NCBI GenBank assembly: GCA_034439575.1
Contig: JAWXAQ010000015.1
Coordinates: forward strand, 160,001 to 224,000
DNA: 64,000 nucleotides
Source of the DNA: Leptospira sp.
GTDB lineage: Bacteria; Spirochaetota; Leptospiria; Leptospirales; Leptospiraceae
Direction of reading: 5' to 3'
Shown here: positions 57,674 to 64,000 of the stretch, in pieces
Position numbering within the stretch: the stretch's first letter is position 1
How the letters are laid out: the number at the start of each line of letters is the position of its first letter
The notes under the pieces: model-generated
The model's database searches: none
Seen by the model: the letters and a program-made list of their open reading frames with translations, nothing else
What the model was told of the DNA's origin: nothing
Position numbers and translations under genes: made by a program

Positions 57674-59329
57674 TAAGGATATAATTCTTTCGTATCTTCC
57701 TAGTTTCTCTTCATCTCCTTCTAATTCCGCGATCTCAAGTTCTTCCAGAGCTAGGTCGCGGCCAGTTTTTCCATCCTTATTCTTAAGATTTGCCTTTGCA
57801 CCCGATTCTAGTAATAAAGCTAATATGGCAGAGTGTCCAAATTTGCAACTTTCGTGTAGGGACGAATTGTTATTGAAATCTAAAATATCAACGATAGCTC
57901 CAGCTTGGATTAATTTTTTTGCAAGCGATGGTTCCCCAAAAAGGGCGCACCAATGTAAGGCGGCCATTCGATTTTCTGATTGGTGATTCACGTCTATTCC
58001 AAGACTTATGAAAGTATCCAAAATCGAAAGTTTATCTTGAAGGTGCATTTGACTATTTTGACAAAGTTTAAAGACCGCAGTCTCACCTACAGTGTTTTGA
58101 TAATTTGGATCAGCACCTGCTTCTAACAAAAGCTTGGCGCAATGAAAACCATCTCCAGAAACTGCTTCTTCGAGCAATGAAAAACCCAATGGATTACTGT
58201 CTTCATCGTCCTTTACATAATTGGGCGAAAAACCTGATTCTAAGAGTGCCGCTAGACTTTCAGCATCATCCCTTGTGATCATAGTAACAGGGTCTTTAGG
58301 AATTACGATGCGATGGGAGATATCATCTAGGATTTCCTGGATTTCTTTGGGGTATCTTTTTTTTAAAATTTGAATGTAACTTTCATTTTTATGAGGAGAG
58401 CTTTTTATTTTTTTCTTTAAAGTAATCCAAAAGATCTCTTCGACGATCACTTGATTTGCGATCATAAAAACAATCGCTTCGTTCAATGTTTTTTCAAAAA
58501 GCGGTATCTCAAATAAAATGTTTTCTTGTAAGAATTTTAAATTTTGATCTTCGTTTGTATCATCATTTCTCCAAACATTGATTAGATCTAAAAAAATATC
58601 ACTTTTTTCTTTTTCAGTAAGTCGATTAAAACTATCTTGAACATCAAAAATATTTCCAGAAATAAGTAATACTTTTGACGTTAGTTGGTGTGAAATGTTT
58701 TGTGGAAGAACAACTTTGTTTGCACTATCAATAGTAAAATCTACTATAATAATTTTTGTCGCATGAAATGATCCAAAAATATAACTGTTATGTGAATCAG
58801 GAATCGCTAAATAAATTTTTCCTATCACTTCATGTGGGGAATCTTCCTCGATAAATATGGAAAGTCTATAAGCGGCATGTGCTTTATAGATGTCTGATAC
58901 ATTTAATTCACGATTTAGATTTGGTGGGTCACTGGGTTGAATATCAAATTGAAGGCCTTTTAATTTCTTCGCATCGCTAATTCCTGTGATCGAAATGAAA
59001 TGTTTGGGATTTATGATATCTGATTCATGGATTGGTAAAAATAACACTCGTTTGGCAAACCAATAAACATTAAAACTTTCTATAGATTGGCCACTCAAAT
59101 GACCAGAAATATAATTGTCTGGTATCGATTGATTGAAATCCAAATCGAATGAAATCTCTTTTTTTGAGATTTGATTTTCAGTCTTAATAGAAGATACGGT
59201 TACAACAAAAGAAAAAGGTGTATGTGCTCGACAACGTATACATCGAAATTTTCCTTTTTTGCCATTCACCTTCTCTTCTGAAATTTCATGGTCGGCTAGG
59301 CAATGTTGGCATCGCAATAATACTTTCAT
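57653..59329 (-). CDS. Zinc-ribbon + ankyrin repeat protein
   Basis: N-terminal CQHC...CIRC; C-terminal ankyrin repeats (LLLEAGADPN, ALHWC, SLHESC..GH). Confidence 0.85.
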   Translation of the reverse strand: MKVLLRCQHCLADHEISEEKVNGKKGKFRCIRCRAHTPFSFVVTVSSIKTENQISKKEISFDLDFNQSIPDNYISGHLSGQSIESFNVYWFAKRVLFLPIHESDIINPKHFISITGISDAKKLKGLQFDIQPSDPPNLNRELNVSDIYKAHAAYRLSIFIEEDSPHEVIGKIYLAIPDSHNSYIFGSFHATKIIIVDFTIDSANKVVLPQNISHQLTSKVLLISGNIFDVQDSFNRLTEKEKSDIFLDLINVWRNDDTNEDQNLKFLQENILFEIPLFEKTLNEAIVFMIANQVIVEEIFWITLKKKIKSSPHKNESYIQILKKRYPKEIQEILDDISHRIVIPKDPVTMITRDDAESLAALLESGFSPNYVKDDEDSNPLGFSLLEEAVSGDGFHCAKLLLEAGADPNYQNTVGETAVFKLCQNSQMHLQDKLSILDTFISLGIDVNHQSENRMAALHWCALFGEPSLAKKLIQAGAIVDILDFNNNSSLHESCKFGHSAILALLLESGAKANLKNKDGKTGRDLALEELEIAELEGDEEKLGRYERIISLLDVYGG

Positions 59330-59422
59330 ACGAGGTTGTCTTAAATATAAGAATTGTTACTAAGAAGGAATCAATCTAAATTTGTCTTAGATGAAATTAG
59401 GTCAGAGAAAAAGGAAAGATTT

Positions 59423-60247
59423 ATGAGCGAAAATAAATATCTTGTGATCGGTGGTGCTGGAGAGGCTGGACAAAGTGCAATAGAATACTTTCGAAAAAAT
59501 GACAAAAACTGTCTCATCATTAGTACTACATCAGAGAATTCGAATATTTCTGGTGCTGATGTCATTCTGACCCATATAAAGGCAAATGAAGATATCGTTG
59601 AAAATATCCAATCACAACTTGAAGACAAACTTCTTTCTGGAATTTTTCATACTATAGTTTATACGCCTGCCCTCGGAGAGGTAGGGTATCCAATTCGACA
59701 AACCACAAAAGATGCCCTTGAAGTGGCCCTAGGTATATCGTATTATCCAATGTTAGAACTTGAAAAATTTTACACACCTAAATTCACAATAGCTTATTCC
59801 GCCTTTTATTGGTTATCTCATACACTTGCATTTTATGGAAGTATGGGTTTTGTTAAATTAAGAATGGATGAATGGGCATTGGCTTCACCAACAAATCGAA
59901 GAATCATTCGAGCTGGAACATTTTATTCAAAGAGTGTTCGGGGTATCTCGATTGTATTACAAAGAACTATGAAAACTACGACAGATCCTGATCTTATAAA
60001 ATTAAAAACAGCATTTAACGAATCAGGAAAAAAATTCCAAGACTTCTTTCTGGATTATGCATGGAAACATGAAAAAGAATATTTTTCAAATCCCGGTTTT
60101 AAACAAGCCTATCGACCAACAAATCGTGAAGACCTAACGCGAGGCCTTGGGAATGCGATGAATACCGATGCCCCAATCACAACTGTATTAGGTGATTGGG
60201 AATGGAATGAAAACAAACTTCCTGATCTTCCAGAATGGTTTAAATAA
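59423..60247 (+). CDS. Divergent NAD(P)-binding reductase, enoyl-reductase (FabI-like) signature
   Basis: Rossmann GGAGEAG, YGSMGFVK (YxxMxxxK) and RAGTF; start ATG 59423. Confidence 0.6.
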   Translation: MSENKYLVIGGAGEAGQSAIEYFRKNDKNCLIISTTSENSNISGADVILTHIKANEDIVENIQSQLEDKLLSGIFHTIVYTPALGEVGYPIRQTTKDALEVALGISYYPMLELEKFYTPKFTIAYSAFYWLSHTLAFYGSMGFVKLRMDEWALASPTNRRIIRAGTFYSKSVRGISIVLQRTMKTTTDPDLIKLKTAFNESGKKFQDFFLDYAWKHEKEYFSNPGFKQAYRPTNREDLTRGLGNAMNTDAPITTVLGDWEWNENKLPDLPEWFK

Positions 60248-60323
60248 TTTAAAAATTTAAATTTGACACTGCTCTAAATGGAATCCAAATATAAACAACA
60301 GCTACATTATTATCTCTTCAAAT

Positions 60324-61856
60324 ATGAATTTAAAATTTCTTAAGATAAAAAAAAATACCCTTCCCTATTTATTATTTGGAATCACCATACTTTCAGCTAT
60401 CCCCTTTATCGTGATTGAATTGTTCCATAATACTTTATACACAGTTATGGATGTACCTTCCTATTTGTTATTTCATAATATTGCTGAATTTTTCAGTGTG
60501 ATGGTATCATTTTCCATATTTGGAATAGGATGGTATTCATTTCATCAATCAAAGGACAAACACGCCCTTTTTTTGAGCTTATCATTTTTATTAATCGGGT
60601 TTATAGATTTTTCGCATACACTTGGCTATACGGGTATGCCTGATCTTATCACAGTGAATTCCCCAAACAAATCTACACAATTCTGGGTCATTGCTAGAAA
60701 TTTTTCTGGATTGCTCCTCCTAGCGAGTGCATTTATTTATCCAAATAGTTATAGTAAATTATTAACAAAATCCGTTTTATTAACCATAACTATCTCTCTT
60801 TCAATCTTTATTTTTTTAGCGATTACATTTTATCAATCAGAACTTCCAAGAACTTATATAGTCGGGATAGGCCTCACTCCTTTAAAAAAATATGCTGAAT
60901 ATTTTTCGATTTTCCTATATTTTCTCTGCTTCATTGCATACTTTCGAAGATTTCAATTAACATTTAACAAAACGATTATTTATTTTTTATCTGCATTCAT
61001 AGTAAGCATCTTTAGTGAATTGGTATTTGTTGGATACCAAAGTGTTTTTGACACTTACAATGTCTTAGGTCACATATATAAAATCATAGCTTACTATCTT
61101 ATATATAATGGAATCTTTGTAGCTACCATTAATTTACCGTATAACAAACTCAGAAAAGTGAACCAAAAAATAAACGGGGAAATTTCTAGGCATCTCATTG
61201 CAAAGGAAAATTTATCAAAGTCTCTTCGCGAAAAGGAGACCCTAATCAAAGAATTATATCACCGTACAAAAAATACTCTCCAACTCATTCGTAGTATGGT
61301 ACATATTCAAGCGGGACAATTGGAGCCAAATAAAGATATAGATACTCTCATAAGCAAAACAGATGAACGAATCCAATCCATTTCCCTAGTCCATCAAATG
61401 TTGTACAATTCGAAAGATTTATCAAAGATAAATATCAAAGAATATATCATGGAACTGACTATATTAATCAAAAAGAGTTTTATCATAAACGAAGATCAAA
61501 TTCAAATTGAAATGATAGTAGAAGAACATAATTTGCTTTTGGACACTGCGATACCTTTTGGTTTAATTCTAACAGAGCTGTTAACGAATTCCCTGAAATA
61601 TGCTTTTCCGTTTAACCAAAAAGGGAAAATTTCTATAATGTTGAAAATGCTTGGCAACACACTTCACTTTTCTTACAAAGACAATGGCGTTGGTTTTAAA
61701 ATGGAAAAGCAAGAAATTGACTCATCAAGTCTCGGTCTAAAGTTGGTTGAAACTTTAGCGAAAGAACAAATGCATGGAAATTTCCAAATGAATTCCCATC
61801 CAGGATTTAATTTCGAATTTGAATTTGCTACGGACTTATATCAAGCGAGAGTCTAA
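60324..61856 (+). CDS. MASE3 membrane sensor + HisKA_2-type histidine kinase
   Basis: HNIAEFFS, D.SHTLGY.GMP, N.LGH.YK (MASE3); KELYHRTKNTLQ, ELLTNSLKYAF, DNGVG and SLGL. Confidence 0.9.
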   Translation: MNLKFLKIKKNTLPYLLFGITILSAIPFIVIELFHNTLYTVMDVPSYLLFHNIAEFFSVMVSFSIFGIGWYSFHQSKDKHALFLSLSFLLIGFIDFSHTLGYTGMPDLITVNSPNKSTQFWVIARNFSGLLLLASAFIYPNSYSKLLTKSVLLTITISLSIFIFLAITFYQSELPRTYIVGIGLTPLKKYAEYFSIFLYFLCFIAYFRRFQLTFNKTIIYFLSAFIVSIFSELVFVGYQSVFDTYNVLGHIYKIIAYYLIYNGIFVATINLPYNKLRKVNQKINGEISRHLIAKENLSKSLREKETLIKELYHRTKNTLQLIRSMVHIQAGQLEPNKDIDTLISKTDERIQSISLVHQMLYNSKDLSKINIKEYIMELTILIKKSFIINEDQIQIEMIVEEHNLLLDTAIPFGLILTELLTNSLKYAFPFNQKGKISIMLKMLGNTLHFSYKDNGVGFKMEKQEIDSSSLGLKLVETLAKEQMHGNFQMNSHPGFNFEFEFATDLYQARV

Positions 61857-61857
61857 C

Positions 61858-62232
61858 TTGTATTCAAACTTGAAAGTTTTATTAGTAGAAGACGAAGCTC
61901 TCACAGCTATGTATATGCAAAAGGAGCTCAAAAGAGAAGGATTTACGATTACAAGAACGGTAAGCACTGGCGAAAACGCGATTTCTACTGCTCTTTTGGA
62001 AAAACCTGATCTCATATTAATGGATATTTTGTTAGGTGGAGATATCGACGGCATTGAAGCTGCCTCTACAATTCAATCTTCGAATGAGATTCCTATTATT
62101 TTTACTTCTGGCTATGATACTCAGGCCTTATTAAAACGAGCTTCCGTAATTAAACCACATATTTTTCTAATCAAACCGATAGAAATCACAGAGTTAACAT
62201 CTGTTATGAAGTCGTTACTTATCAATAGCTAA
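61858..62232 (+). CDS. Single-domain response regulator (receiver)
   Basis: VLLVEDE, PDLILMDI, DGI and KP; start uncertain (TTG 61858 or 61819). Confidence 0.88.
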   Translation: MYSNLKVLLVEDEALTAMYMQKELKREGFTITRTVSTGENAISTALLEKPDLILMDILLGGDIDGIEAASTIQSSNEIPIIFTSGYDTQALLKRASVIKPHIFLIKPIEITELTSVMKSLLINS

Positions 62233-62359
62233 TTAATTTCCCTAATTTTTATTCAAAACATATTATTGCAAAATCGCTTTGTATAAGAATTTGGTATTAT
62301 CATTACACTTATTTATTTATAAAACACGATTGATAGGCAATACCTATGTTCTCTAATTT

Positions 62360-62389
62360 ATCGGATGAAAGATTAAATTTTCATCCGAT
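62360..62389. terminator. Hairpin, probable terminator between convergent genes
   Basis: ATCGGATGAAA...TTTCATCCGAT, an 11-bp perfect stem. Confidence 0.6.
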
Positions 62390-62401
62390 TGCAAATTTTA
62401 C

Positions 62402-62785
62402 TTATTCAGATTTTGATTTAAAAAGTGGAGCAAACGTTTTTCGATAATAGTAGCCGATAAAACTGTTTCCTAAGACCAAAAAAATCGCAACGGGAAGTGT
62501 GGCTCTATCCAAAAAGACGTGAACAAAGAATATATTAACGATGACTGGGGAAATGAGAATTGCCGCGAAAGGCACAAATCTACCAGATAAGAATAGAACA
62601 CCTACCACTAGTTCTGTGGCCTTAACTAAGTTCAATAAATACCCAGAAGCCGCCATACCTTCATTAAATGTCTTCATATCACCTGTCAATTCTGGTTTTG
62701 GAAATAAATCTGCAAAATATGCGACTGAACCAAAAATAAACAAAGCACCCATCAATGTCCGAACAATTACTACAGCTATTTTCAT
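62402..62785 (-). CDS. DoxX family membrane protein
   Basis: VRTLMG..F, GYL..LVKATE and P..VNI..VH; RBS GAGG. Confidence 0.82.
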   Translation of the reverse strand: MKIAVVIVRTLMGALFIFGSVAYFADLFPKPELTGDMKTFNEGMAASGYLLNLVKATELVVGVLFLSGRFVPFAAILISPVIVNIFFVHVFLDRATLPVAIFLVLGNSFIGYYYRKTFAPLFKSKSE

Positions 62786-62849
62786 GCTAACCTCAAACGA
62801 ATTTTATTTTTACTGTATCCTCTTCCTCCTGTTTTTTTTGCAATACGAT

Positions 62850-63272
62850 TTAATTTTTGTTACTCCCTGCTTTAGGATGTTTACGCCCTATAAATTGTTT
62901 TAAGCCAAGATCATTTTTTTCTTCCATATCTCTTTCTTGGATATCAGTAAGATATGAATCCAATTGATTAAGGCGAGATTCCCATATTTTACGATACGGT
63001 GCAAGCCACTCACTTGCGTCTTGCAAAGGTTTTGTTTGTATCTTGCAAGGACGCCATTGTGCATCTCGACTCCTTTCGACTAGACCAGCCCTTTCCAATA
63101 CTTTCAAATGTTTTGAGATCGCCGGTAAACTCATTGGAAACGGATTGGCCAATTCATTCACACTTTTTTCGCCTGTCGAAAGCAATTGGAGAATGGCTCT
63201 TCTTGTAGGATCCGCCAATGCATTAAAAATCAGACTAAGAGAATCGGTATCTGTAGTTTCCTGTATTCGCAT
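62850..63272 (-). CDS. ArsR/SmtB family regulator (SRPBCC-associated type)
   Basis: FNALADPTRRAIL, SLPAISKHLKVLERAGL and WESRL..LD.YL; real start ATG 63272. Confidence 0.9.
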   Translation of the reverse strand: MRIQETTDTDSLSLIFNALADPTRRAILQLLSTGEKSVNELANPFPMSLPAISKHLKVLERAGLVERSRDAQWRPCKIQTKPLQDASEWLAPYRKIWESRLNQLDSYLTDIQERDMEEKNDLGLKQFIGRKHPKAGSNKN

Positions 63273-63276
63273 TTCA

Positions 63277-63322
63277 TTATTTAACTCATTGGTAAAATAA
63301 GAATTTACACTAAAAATGTCAA
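63277..63322. promoter_or_regulatory. ArsR-type operator overlapping the arsR promoter
   Basis: TTATTTAAC-N6-GTAAAATAA (63277-63300, 1 mismatch); minus-strand TTGACA(63322-63317)-N17-TATTTT. Confidence 0.6.
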
Positions 63323-63351
63323 TGTTAATTATGGAAAAAAAGGAGATTCCC

Positions 63352-63837
63352 ATGACAATCATTCACGGAATACAAATCAATCCAGACCTTGACTTACTTT
63401 TTGAAAGAGAAATCGATGTTCCAACTGAGTTAGTCTGGGCTGCCTGGACACAACCAGAGCATTTAAAAAAATGGTTCACACCAGCACCATGGAAAACGGT
63501 AGATTGCGAAATCGAACTTAAAGCAGGTGGCATCTTTCGTACTGTTATGTTGTCCCCAGAAGGCCAAGAGATGAACAATGTCGGCTGTTATTTAGAAATC
63601 ATTGAAAATAGAAAATTGGTTTTTACAGATACACTCCTTCCAGGTTTCAGACCATCAGAAAATCCATTTTTTACTGCGATAGTAATTTTCGAACCAACAA
63701 AGCTAGGAACAAAGTATGTCGCTATCGCAAGGCATGGTAAAGCTGAAACGTGCAAACAGCATAAAGATATGGGCTTTTTTGAAGGATGGGGGGCTGCCCT
63801 TGATCAATTAGTAACACTCACAAAAACTATGAAGTGA
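63352..63837 (+). CDS. SRPBCC/AHSA1 family protein
   Basis: [22 protein letters not shown] and H..MGF.EGWG.ALDQL; RBS AGGAG before 63352. Confidence 0.9.
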   Translation: MTIIHGIQINPDLDLLFEREIDVPTELVWAAWTQPEHLKKWFTPAPWKTVDCEIELKAGGIFRTVMLSPEGQEMNNVGCYLEIIENRKLVFTDTLLPGFRPSENPFFTAIVIFEPTKLGTKYVAIARHGKAETCKQHKDMGFFEGWGAALDQLVTLTKTMK

Positions 63838-63861
63838 ATTTGTTTAAATATTTTTTGGTAT

Positions 63862-64000
63862 TCATTTAAAAAACATTTTTTGAAAGTCGGCTATTATTGC
63901 CGGCTTACTTATATAATCATACATTCCGGCGTCTAAACATCCTTCCTTTTCACCTAACACTATTCCTGCGGTCACGGCTTTGATCGGAACTTCTTTAACA
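63862..64000 (-). CDS. C-terminus of a receiver domain (hybrid kinase or response regulator), entering from the right edge
   Basis: Translated by hand: ...VKEVPIKAVTAGIVLGEKEGCLDAGMYDYISKPAIIADFQKMFFK*, matching the PIIAxTA...CLxAGMDDYxSKP receiver pattern. Confidence 0.7.
   Translation of the reverse strand, partial: VKEVPIKAVTAGIVLGEKEGCLDAGMYDYISKPAIIADFQKMFFK

Noticed and set aside
63884-63906. Hairpin AAGTCGGC...GCCGGCTT as terminator
   Set aside because: Lies inside the minus-strand receiver-domain coding sequence and lacks a good U-tract; cannot be supported.

Overview
AT-rich bacterial chromosomal DNA, very likely from a Leptospira species, probably a saprophyte. This is inferred from the spirochaetal-type lipoproteins, the 7TM-AraC and 7TM-PP2C proteins and the TonB locus layout. 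About 55 CDSs are densely packed. I saw no rRNA, tRNA, CRISPR array or transposase. Main modules: (1) metabolic genes with a TetR/SDR pair that has a triple operator; (2) stand-alone eutBC; (3) a TonB-dependent import operon with four lipoproteins, bracketed by a LytTR regulator and a LytS-type kinase; (4) a TetR-linked copper operon (cupredoxin/beta-helix protein, two-domain multicopper oxidase, SCO); (5) a SulP / membrane AraC / SbtA / porin bicarbonate locus; (6) a cobalamin riboswitch in front of two surface lipoproteins, one resembling the BtuH B12-binding domain; (7) the most striking part, a ~15 kb divergon at 40.6-55.4 kb. The divergon joins an ACP-less ketosynthase / CoA-transferase / hotdog / SDR cluster to a rewired SiaABCD-like switch. 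The switch input is a Ser/Thr kinase-AAA-GAF-PP2C protein and its output is an adenylate cyclase rather than a diguanylate cyclase. All family calls come from reading motifs by eye; no searches were run.
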